Assembly (NCBI GenBank): GCA_965206275.1
Contig: OZ242203.1
Location: forward strand, 904,474 to 968,473
Length of the DNA: 64,000 nucleotides
DNA from: Dehalococcoidia bacterium
Lineage (GTDB): Bacteria > Chloroflexota > Dehalococcoidia > UBA6926
Reading direction: 5' to 3'
In this document: positions 10,155 to 18,196 of the stretch, in pieces
How positions within the stretch are numbered: the stretch's first letter is position 1
Layout: every line of letters begins with the position of its first letter
Notes under the pieces: model-generated
What the model was told of the DNA's origin: nothing
What the model saw: only the letters and a program-made list of their open reading frames with translations
Database searches by the model: none
Position numbers and translations under genes: made by a program

Positions 10155-11333
10155 GTGGCTGATATCAGGCTTTCTGAGGATGAGGCGCGTCGGTGGCGTT
10201 TTGCGTCTCAGGGGCTGGATGTAGGGGTTAAAGCGCGGGAAAGTGGCGGGGCGGTACCGGATGTTGTGCGGCTGAGCGCCGGGGTGCAGGCGCAGGATAT
10301 GAACACTGCGCCTCTGCAGGTGCGGGCGCGGAGCCTCGACACGAAGGTGGGGGATGCTTGGAAATCCCTATCTGAAACTCGTCATATTGTGCGGACCTGG
10401 GCGATGCGTGGGACGCTGCATATTATTCCGGCGGAGGATCATAAGTGGCTGACTGCGTTGCTCGGGCCGAGTTCGTTTAATGCGGGGCGAAAAAGGCGTT
10501 CAGAGCTCGGATTGGACGAATCGACGCTGTATAAGGCGTTTGAAAGTTTCGCTACTTTTTTCACACAGGAGGGCCCTTTAACACGCCAAAAACTGGCTGA
10601 AATGCTCATTTTAGAGGGGATAAGGGTCGAAAACCAGGCAATTAATCACATCGTGCGTTCCGGGGGGTTTTTGGGTTACATAACGCACGGTCCCCTACTG
10701 GACGGCAAGACGGAGACGTTTGTCGCGGCCGACGAGTGGCTGGCGGGGGTGGAACGTCCGCAGCTCGATCGGGAGGAGGCTCTGGCGCGGCTGGCGGGGC
10801 GGTATGTCCGGGCTTTCGGGCCGACGACTGAGCGTGACTTCGCGGTGTGGTCGGGGCTGCCGCTGAGGGACGCGCGGGCGGGGTGGCAGGCGATCTCCGG
10901 TGAGCTGGTGGAGGTTGATGTTGCGGGGGAGCGGATGTGGGTGGATGAGGAGGGGATTGCACTCCAAGATCAAGATTCCCGCTTTCGCGGGAATGACGAG
11001 GACACTTCCCCGCTCTCGCCGGTGGTTAGGTTGTTGGGGTTTTTTGATACGTATTTGTTGGGGTATCGGGGGCGGGGGCTTGCGGTTGGGTCGGAGCACT
11101 TGTCCCGGGTGAATGCGGGCGGGGGGATGATCCGGCCGGTTGTGACTATCGATGGGCTTGCGGTGGCGACGTGGTCGTGGACGCGGCTGTCGGGCGGCAG
11201 GGGGCTTGAGATCTCGGTTGAGGCGTTCCCGGGGATGGAGGGGGCGCTGGGGCCTTCGTGGGCGCGGGAGGCGGTGGCTCGCGAGGTTGAGGATATTGGG
11301 CGGTTTTTGGGGGTTGAGGCGGGGCTACGCTAG
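10155..11333 (+). CDS. winged-helix DNA glycosylase, AlkZ/YcaQ (HTH_42) family
   Basis: QxQ catalytic motif (VQAQDMNTA) followed by WAMRGTLHIIP, characteristic of YcaQ/AlkZ crosslink-repair glycosylases. Contains an in-frame palindromic repeat copy at 10975-10994. Confidence 0.7.
   Translation: MADIRLSEDEARRWRFASQGLDVGVKARESGGAVPDVVRLSAGVQAQDMNTAPLQVRARSLDTKVGDAWKSLSETRHIVRTWAMRGTLHIIPAEDHKWLTALLGPSSFNAGRKRRSELGLDESTLYKAFESFATFFTQEGPLTRQKLAEMLILEGIRVENQAINHIVRSGGFLGYITHGPLLDGKTETFVAADEWLAGVERPQLDREEALARLAGRYVRAFGPTTERDFAVWSGLPLRDARAGWQAISGELVEVDVAGERMWVDEEGIALQDQDSRFRGNDEDTSPLSPVVRLLGFFDTYLLGYRGRGLAVGSEHLSRVNAGGGMIRPVVTIDGLAVATWSWTRLSGGRGLEISVEAFPGMEGALGPSWAREAVAREVEDIGRFLGVEAGLR
10971..10999. 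repeat. palindromic repeat module A (attcccgc-tttc-gcgggaat + gacga) embedded in-frame inside the AlkZ-like CDS
   Basis: Exact match to the module found at 10 or more intergenic loci. It encodes DSRFRGNDE in the CDS frame. Confidence 0.8.
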
Positions 11334-12269
11334 TAGGTCCGGGTTCTTTAGGACGTGGGTGGCGGCGTTGGTGGGGGGGATCTCTCCCGTTTCTACTTTG
11401 CGGAGGATGTCCGCCAAAGCTTCGGAGTGTTCGGCGTGGGTGAGGCGGGTGAGGAGGCGTTCTCTGAGGGCTGCGTGAAATTCTGAGCGCCTCTGGGCGG
11501 CGCGGCGGTCTTCGAGGCGTCCTGAGTCGCGCAGCGTGTCGTAGTGCCGCTCCACGGCGTCCAGGAGCTCCGTTACGCCCTTGTTACGGATTCCTTCTGT
11601 CTGGAGGACGGGAATCGTCCACCAGTCCATGTCACGGCTGCCCAAGTGGACGGTGGTCTCAAGGTCGTTGGCCATTCTCTTCGCGCCGGGTCGGTCGGCT
11701 TTGTTGACGACGAAGACATCGGCGATCTCGAGCAGCCCGGCTTTCATGGTCTGAATGGCGTCGCCCGCCTCGGGGACGACGACGACCACGACGCTATCGA
11801 CGGTGTGCATGATGTCCAGCTCAGTCTGGCCGACGCCCGCGGTCTCGACGATGATGACGTCCACGCCCGCTGCGTCCAGGACGCGCATGGCGGAGGGTGC
11901 GATGGCGGAGAGGCCGCCGGACGCGCCGCGTGTGGCCATGCTGCGGATGAAGACGCCGGGGTCCAGGAAGTGGTCTCTCATGCGGACGCGGTCGCCGAGG
12001 ATCGCGCCACCTGTGAAGGGGCTAGAGGGATCGACGACGAGGACGCCGACGGTGCGGTCTCGTTCGCGGAGTTGGGCGGTCATGGCCTCGACGAGGGTGC
12101 TTTTGCCCGCGCCGGGGGGGCCTGTGATGCCTATGAGGTGTGCGCCGCCGGTATGAGGGGCGATGCGCTGCATGATGTCGTCGGCGACGGGGTCGCCTTT
12201 TTCGAGGAGGGTGAGGATGCGGGGGGCGGCGGCGAGGTCTCCGGTGAGGAGGCGGTCTACTAGTTCCAT
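11325..12269 (-). CDS. meaB: methylmalonyl-CoA mutase-associated GTPase MeaB/ArgK
   Basis: P-loop GITGPPGAGKST and the G-protein motifs of the MeaB/ArgK family (VVDPSSPFTGGAILGDRVRM, VVNKAD). Confidence 0.9.
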   Translation of the reverse strand: MELVDRLLTGDLAAAPRILTLLEKGDPVADDIMQRIAPHTGGAHLIGITGPPGAGKSTLVEAMTAQLRERDRTVGVLVVDPSSPFTGGAILGDRVRMRDHFLDPGVFIRSMATRGASGGLSAIAPSAMRVLDAAGVDVIIVETAGVGQTELDIMHTVDSVVVVVVPEAGDAIQTMKAGLLEIADVFVVNKADRPGAKRMANDLETTVHLGSRDMDWWTIPVLQTEGIRNKGVTELLDAVERHYDTLRDSGRLEDRRAAQRRSEFHAALRERLLTRLTHAEHSEALADILRKVETGEIPPTNAATHVLKNPDLLA

Positions 12270-12287
12270 GGGTTAAGGGTAACGCAA

Positions 12288-12326
12288 AGGGAGAGGCCCC
12301 GGGGGTTGCCCGGGGCCTCTTTTGTT
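12288..12326. terminator. GC-rich hairpin (aggccccggg-ggttg-cccggggcct) followed by a T-tract on the + strand, between the surface-protein stop and the meaB start
   Basis: A 10-bp perfect stem seen in sequence. Its orientation relative to the minus-strand genes is ambiguous. Confidence 0.25.
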
Positions 12327-12376
12327 TCCGCTAGGGAGGGGCTGCCGGGTGGCAGGCCCCTCCATGGTGTCGGGGA

Positions 12377-15300
12377 TTAGCCGCCGATCACGCCGTTGCG
12401 GGTGGCGAAGAGCAGGTAGCCCTTGCCGCTTTCGACGACCGCTACGCCGCCCTCGTGCGGGAAGCCATCGGTCATCGCGCCGCTGGAGAAGTAGGTCTCG
12501 TACTGCGGCGGGGTTGCGTCAGCGTTCCAAGTGCGGATCATGCCCCATCCGCTGGCGCCAAGCGCGCTGAGGTAGGCGTCGGCGCTCACGGAATCCTCAC
12601 CGCCTGCGGGGGTGTAGCCAATGCCGTTCCACCCGCTGGTGACGGTGTACTGCGGCGGCGTGCGCTGCGGGCTGAACCGAACGGTTAGGACGCTAATGGG
12701 ATCGAAGGTGGTGCTGCGGACGAAGTAGGCGCGGCCATCCACGATGTTGGTCAGGGTTCCCGTCAACCACTCGCCACTCTCCGGATCCTTGCCGGCGTAC
12801 TCCCACTGCTTAGTCTCGTTGTTGAGACTCCAGACATCCGTCACCGCAGAGCCTTCGAAGACGCCGCTGATGCTGGTGTCCTGCGGGGTGCCTGGGATGG
12901 ACACAAGGGACCAACCCGGGACAACCGCAACCTTAGCGGGGGCCGGGGCCGTGATGCGGAAGACGTAGCCAAAGGTATCCGTATTCCCGGCCTGATCCTC
13001 GTAGTCAACGTTGAGGCGGTAGTTGCCAATGGCCAGATCCGACAGAGCCACGACGTAGCGGATGCTGTTGGAAGTCTGGGCCGCGGCCCCATCAACCTCG
13101 GTAGTTTCCGTGACGGTCACGGAGGAGGCAGCCTTGAGGTTCTTGCTGGAGTCCAGCGAGTCCGCAGACAGGGACTGCAGGGCGAGGCCCGTAACACTCA
13201 CGGTCTTGGCGGAATCATCGTCGTACTCTCCGGCCTCGCCCGAGAAGTCGAAGTTGAGGAAGACAACGTCGTTCACTTCAATGGGCTGGGCGGCTGCGGA
13301 GGCCGCATCCGGGTCGTAGACACGCGCGGGATCAACACCACCATTGGCGAGGGTGTCAAGCTCCCACTTGGCCTTGCTACTGGATCCATCGTTATTGTTG
13401 TCGTCCGTGCCTTCCACGTGAATGGTGTACACGCCGCTGCGGTTGGTTCCACCAAGGTTCTCGGCGCGCCGGTTGGTATCCACCGTCCAAGTGTTGTTGG
13501 ATCCACCGCGGACGGGCAACGCTTCATTTACCGTGCCGTGCCGCAGGCGAGCGGATGGCGCTCGTTCAAGGTCCTCAGAGGACTCGATGGTGACGCTCAG
13601 GTCATTGTTGCTGAGCTTGGTTCCCACGGTCACGGTGAAGACGGGCGCCAGCTTGTCCGCAGGCGTGGTCCGGTGGTTCACCCGGCTCTCGTTTCCGGCC
13701 AGGTCACGCAGATCGGCATTGTCGATTTCAATGCCGGGGCGCGCGTCCGTGGGAAGGTCATTCTCGAGAGTGAGGAACAGCAGGTGCCTTGCGTCACCGC
13801 TACCGATGTCGCCGAGGTCACCGCGGATATCCGAGCCCGCAGTTCCTGCGGATCCGATCTTGTTCGAGCCGGTGTTGTCAAGCCACATGACGCCGGCGAC
13901 AGTATTGCCAACGACGTTGATGTCCTGCGCGTTGACGTCGTTGCCGGCAATGGCATCGTCAAACACGAGGACGATGCTCTTGCGGTTCTGGTCATTCAGT
14001 TCGTAGGGATCGGCGGTGTCCTTGGCGGCCTTGACGGAGACGCCCGTGATGGCACGCAGCAGCTCCGGATCAATGTCATCAATGATGAACGTGAGGGTCT
14101 TGCTCGCCTCGTTCCGGGCGATGTCATACGCGAGGATGCGGACCTGGATGGTCACCGTCCTGGCATCTGTGTTCTCGTCGCCCTCGGCGGCCTGAACGGT
14201 GTTCGTGACGTCAAACTCTATCTCGTAGCGCTCGCCGTCGGCAACCTCATCATCAACGTCGAGCGTCGCGTCATCGTTAGGCTCGCTGAAGTTGTTCTGA
14301 TCAGTGCCGTCATTAGGATTAAGGGTAAACGACTCGCCAGTGGGCGCGCCGCCGGACGACTGGCTCACGTACGGCAAACCGCTCCGTATCGCCTGCTCGC
14401 CCAGGTCATGCGCATCCTCCGGGATGCCGGAGTCCGCATCTGTGACGGTGAAGAACAACGAGAAGTCATCCTCGTCAACGTAGGCACCGCTGGCAAGCGA
14501 GGTATCGCCGATCGTCGGCGCGACCAAGTCAACCTCAGCATCACGGCTGCGGGTGGACCGAGGGTTGGCGTCGCTGTAGTTCACCTCAAGGGTGTCACCG
14601 TGCTCGACGCCAATGAGCATGCCCACCAATTGGCTGGCGGCATCGCCGCCATCCAGGCCCAGGTTATCCGTGTGGGCCTGGATGGCGGCAACAAGCTTGC
14701 CCTGCTCGGCGCACTCTTGTCCAGCCTTAGCATTAGGATCGCAGAAGCTCTCAAAGGCCTCACTCGGCCCGGTTGCGCCAGTCACCGCGCCGTCAACAAC
14801 AGCAACATCATTAATGTCGTCGATCAGGTCCTGAATTGTATCTTCGTTGGCAGCCGGTTCCCAGTCAGAAAGAGCTTCCTTGAAGTCGTTGCGAATCACG
14901 CCGAACATTCCGACGAAGATGCCGGAGTCACGCGAGGAGTTTGCTGCGAGGCCACTGGCATCAACAGCGGCGCCACCGAAACCTCCCAGGTTCTTCTCCG
15001 TCGCCGTCACACGAATCGACTCGCCGGAGGTGCTGCTGATTACAACACGGCTCAGGCCGCGCAACCTCTCAGTTGCGTGGTCAGTAGCGTAGTTGAGGTT
15101 ATCTATGGTTGCGGAGGCAAACCGGATTCGCAGAGCGCCCACTTCACCGGTCACGCGCCCAGTCGGGTAGGTCGGGATGATGTTCAAGCTGAGGTAGGCT
15201 TCCTTACCGTTGGTGCTCGAACTCACGAAGGCGTTCTGCACGTTCACTGTTCGGACAGCTTCAAACGCACCGGTTGCGCTCACGTAGTATCCAGTTTCAA

Positions 15301-15781
15301 TCAAAAGGTCGCCGGCATCAATCGAGCCGTTCCTGTTGCGGTCACCGATCTGGAGGTCGGCGGCATTCGCAACATTAGTGCCGTCACTCTCAGTGACTGC
15401 GGTAGCGACCGCTGGGTTGGGGGTCGTTCCGCTTTGGGCCGGATCAATCACGTACGCGTTACCACCGCCGTCCGCAGTGGCTGGCCTGTCGGTGAAGTAC
15501 GCGTAGTAGTCAGTCAATGTGTTTGAGGAAGAGTCATTGTCCTCAATAACGACGTAGAGGGTGCCTCCGGCGTCTTCCAAGGTATCGCGGCCGGTTGAAT
15601 CAGAGACAAAATCGGCGCTGTCCAGCCTATCAAAAGACGAGCCGGTCGACCCCGAGGGACCGGCCAATTCGTCAGGGGTGACGAGCTTGACCGTACCCGC
15701 AGCTGCGCCAGCCCCGAGGGCCGGGACCATGGCGAACGCGAGGATCGCGATCGACAGGATAATCAGTGCTTTGCGCTTCAC
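12377..15781 (-). CDS. large secreted/cell-surface protein (1,134 aa; S-layer-like candidate), unknown family
   Basis: GTG start at 15781 preceded by GGAAGGGGG. Signal peptide KRKALIILSIAILAFAMVPALGAGA. Asp/Thr/Gly-rich, no TM apart from the signal peptide. The longer ORF to 15907 would bury the signal peptide. Confidence 0.6.
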   Translation of the reverse strand: MKRKALIILSIAILAFAMVPALGAGAAAGTVKLVTPDELAGPSGSTGSSFDRLDSADFVSDSTGRDTLEDAGGTLYVVIEDNDSSSNTLTDYYAYFTDRPATADGGGNAYVIDPAQSGTTPNPAVATAVTESDGTNVANAADLQIGDRNRNGSIDAGDLLIETGYYVSATGAFEAVRTVNVQNAFVSSSTNGKEAYLSLNIIPTYPTGRVTGEVGALRIRFASATIDNLNYATDHATERLRGLSRVVISSTSGESIRVTATEKNLGGFGGAAVDASGLAANSSRDSGIFVGMFGVIRNDFKEALSDWEPAANEDTIQDLIDDINDVAVVDGAVTGATGPSEAFESFCDPNAKAGQECAEQGKLVAAIQAHTDNLGLDGGDAASQLVGMLIGVEHGDTLEVNYSDANPRSTRSRDAEVDLVAPTIGDTSLASGAYVDEDDFSLFFTVTDADSGIPEDAHDLGEQAIRSGLPYVSQSSGGAPTGESFTLNPNDGTDQNNFSEPNDDATLDVDDEVADGERYEIEFDVTNTVQAAEGDENTDARTVTIQVRILAYDIARNEASKTLTFIIDDIDPELLRAITGVSVKAAKDTADPYELNDQNRKSIVLVFDDAIAGNDVNAQDINVVGNTVAGVMWLDNTGSNKIGSAGTAGSDIRGDLGDIGSGDARHLLFLTLENDLPTDARPGIEIDNADLRDLAGNESRVNHRTTPADKLAPVFTVTVGTKLSNNDLSVTIESSEDLERAPSARLRHGTVNEALPVRGGSNNTWTVDTNRRAENLGGTNRSGVYTIHVEGTDDNNNDGSSSKAKWELDTLANGGVDPARVYDPDAASAAAQPIEVNDVVFLNFDFSGEAGEYDDDSAKTVSVTGLALQSLSADSLDSSKNLKAASSVTVTETTEVDGAAAQTSNSIRYVVALSDLAIGNYRLNVDYEDQAGNTDTFGYVFRITAPAPAKVAVVPGWSLVSIPGTPQDTSISGVFEGSAVTDVWSLNNETKQWEYAGKDPESGEWLTGTLTNIVDGRAYFVRSTTFDPISVLTVRFSPQRTPPQYTVTSGWNGIGYTPAGGEDSVSADAYLSALGASGWGMIRTWNADATPPQYETYFSSGAMTDGFPHEGGVAVVESGKGYLLFATRNGVIGG

Positions 15782-16304
15782 AGGAAGCCCCCTTCCGTAA
15801 CTGTGATTTAGGCCTCTGCGGCCCGTCTTCTCAAGTGTAGTAGAAATTGCGGGTTTATTCACGGCGCCCGTTGGGCTTCGGGATTGCCAGGGTTCTCGTA
15901 AGTGCATGTGCTCCTCCCCATCCGTGGGAGCCAGGAACCCTGCTGTTTGCCGTCTGTTACGGCAGAGGGCGCCGGCTTTCCCGCGCTACCTGTCCGGTTA
16001 GTCTCCATACCTGCGGAGAGCCCCGCGCTCTCCCATTTCTGCTCTCTTTATCCCGACTCCGCTTTGCCACACATGTGACTTCCGCGCGTGTGCATGCAAT
16101 ACGCGGAAGCGCCCACGCCTGCGGCTAGGCGTAGTCACTGACCGTGATTCTAGGGGAGATTTACAAGTGTTGTCAATAGTGGTTTGGCTTGGAATAAGTA
16201 GAAATTGTCGAATCAGGTTTGAGACCTGTTTCGGTTTATCGGCGTGTTCCGGGTGGTTTGTCTGAGGGCATATGTAGGAGTTTTCCTGGTGGGGTTTACG
16301 AGAT
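15782..16304 (-). promoter_or_regulatory. long (~520 nt) structured 5' leader/promoter region of the surface-protein gene, with repeated AAGTAGAAATTG boxes
   Basis: Several stable hairpins (cttccgcg...cgcggaag, ggagagc...gctctcc) and a direct repeat of agtagaaattg at about 15838 and 16197. Confidence 0.3.
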
Positions 16305-18080
16305 TTAGATTTCACGGGAGAGGGTGGCCATGAAGTCGGCGTTGGTCTTGGTCTTGGAGATGCGGTCAAGGATGCGCTCTGTGGCGTCGGAGGCGTCAAG
16401 GTTGGAGTTGGAGAGCATGGCCATCATGCGGCGGAGGGTGACGATGCCGCGGTAGGTCTTGTCGTCGTAGAGCCGCTCGTCACGCCGTGTGCCGGATTTG
16501 AGGACGTCAATGGCGGGGTAGATGCGGCGCTCGGCGAGTTTGCGATCGAGGTGGACTTCCATGTTGCCGGTGCCTTTGAATTCTTCGTAGATGACATCGT
16601 CAAGGCGGGAGCCGGTGTCAACGAGGCAGGTGGCGACGATGGTCAACGTTCCGGCTTCTTCAGTGTTACGCGCGGCGCCGAAGAAGTGTTTGGGTGGGTA
16701 GAGGGCGACGGGGTCCATGCCGCCGGAGAGTGTGCGTCCACTGGAGGGGGCGGCGATGTTGTAGGCGCGTGCGAGGCGTGTGATGGAGTCAAGGAGGATG
16801 ACGACGTCCTGGCCTGCTTCGACGAGTCGCTTGGCGCGGGCGAGGACGAGCTCCGCGACGCGGGTGTGTTCTTCGACGGGCTCGTCAAAGGTGGAGGCCA
16901 TGACCTCCGCTCCTTTAACGGTGCGCTCCCAGTCCGTGACTTCTTCGGGTCGCTCGCCAATGAGTGCGGCCATGATGTGGGTGGAGGGGTATTGGGCGGA
17001 GATGGCGTCCGCGATCTGGTGGAGGAGGATGGTCTTGCCGGCCTTGGGCGGGGAGACGATGAGCGCGCGCTGGCCGAAGCCGATGGGGGCGATGAGGTTG
17101 AGGAGGCGGGCGGCGACGGCCTTTTGGCCGGTCTCAAGATCGTAGAGTCGGTCCGGGAAGAGTGCGGTGAGCTGGTCAAAGACGGGTCGGCGGCGGGAGA
17201 CTTCAGGCTCCTGGCCGGTGACGGTGTCAACGCGGAGGAGGCCGTAGTATTTCTCGCCGCTCTTGGGCGAGCGGACCTGGCCGGTGACCCAATCGCCGGT
17301 GCGGAGGGAGAATCGGCGGATCTGGGACTGGGCGACGTAGACATCGTTGATGTTGTGGCGGAGTGTACGGTGGCGGATGAAGCCGTAGCCGTCGTTGGTG
17401 ATTTCAAGGATGCCGCTGGCGGAGATTGTGCCGCCGCGCTCGCCAAGGTTCTGGATGGCGCGGTGGACCATCTCGTCACGGCGGAGGGCAGCGCCGGGGG
17501 GCATGCCGAGGAATTCGGCAAGGCGCGCGCCTTCGTCACGGTCAAGGGCCTCGAGTTGAGGGATGGTGACGTGGTGGAGGGGTTCGGGGAGGTCAACGAC
17601 GCGGGGTTCACGCTCTGAATCGGCGTCGTCACTCGCGGGTGGACGGGGCCTCTGAGGGCGATCGCGGTCCTGGCGGTCCCGGTCCGGGCGTTCGCGTCGG
17701 CGCTGGGGCGCGCCGTTGGCGGAGCGTGGGCGTGGGGCGCGGCGAGGGGGGGCCTCGTCTTCGGTGTCTTCGATCACGTCGGCGGTGGTTGAGACGGGTG
17801 GTAGGCCGTCGGTGATGGATGGTGTGGCTGCGCCGTTTGCCGCGGCAGTTTCCTCAGGGGCTGTGCCGTTGTCTGTGGTTTCGGCAGGAGCCGCGCCGTT
17901 GTCTGCCGATTCGACCGGGGCCGAGCCGTTATCTGCAACGGCTTCCTCAGTGGTGGTCTCCTCAGGGGGAGTTTCGGTTGCGGCGGCCGCTGTGCGGCGG
18001 GTGCGCGGTGGGCGGGCGATGCCGCGCCGGGTGACGGGGCGTTGCGGCTCGTCAGTGTTGGGGGTGTCTGTGGTGTCCAC
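16305..18080 (-). CDS. rho: transcription termination factor Rho with ~170-aa disordered N-terminal extension
   Basis: Rho core motifs (RNA-binding GILEI..DGYGFIR, P-loop PPKAGKT, C-terminal helicase domain). GTG start with AAGGAG 6 nt upstream. The N-terminus is R/D/E/T/A-rich low complexity. Confidence 0.93.
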   Translation of the reverse strand: MDTTDTPNTDEPQRPVTRRGIARPPRTRRTAAAATETPPEETTTEEAVADNGSAPVESADNGAAPAETTDNGTAPEETAAANGAATPSITDGLPPVSTTADVIEDTEDEAPPRRAPRPRSANGAPQRRRERPDRDRQDRDRPQRPRPPASDDADSEREPRVVDLPEPLHHVTIPQLEALDRDEGARLAEFLGMPPGAALRRDEMVHRAIQNLGERGGTISASGILEITNDGYGFIRHRTLRHNINDVYVAQSQIRRFSLRTGDWVTGQVRSPKSGEKYYGLLRVDTVTGQEPEVSRRRPVFDQLTALFPDRLYDLETGQKAVAARLLNLIAPIGFGQRALIVSPPKAGKTILLHQIADAISAQYPSTHIMAALIGERPEEVTDWERTVKGAEVMASTFDEPVEEHTRVAELVLARAKRLVEAGQDVVILLDSITRLARAYNIAAPSSGRTLSGGMDPVALYPPKHFFGAARNTEEAGTLTIVATCLVDTGSRLDDVIYEEFKGTGNMEVHLDRKLAERRIYPAIDVLKSGTRRDERLYDDKTYRGIVTLRRMMAMLSNSNLDASDATERILDRISKTKTNADFMATLSREI

Positions 18081-18196
18081 GATGTCTCCTTTTGCTGCGG
18101 GCGATGTGATGGATGATGCCCGGGTTTTTTTCTCGGTTTTGCTTGCTCGGTGTCGGTTGCTACTTAAAGGAAAGGACTAATCAGATATGTGTCAGA

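Noticed and set aside
13418-15526. 702-aa plus-strand ORF antisense to the surface-protein gene
   Set aside because: Gly/Arg/Val-rich and low-complexity, typical of antisense frames in high-GC DNA. The opposite strand encodes a coherent secreted protein with signal peptide and SD.
16551-17632. 355-aa and 329-aa ORFs in alternative frames or antisense to rho
   Set aside because: Rho core motifs unambiguously define the real frame on the minus strand. These are GC-driven open frames.
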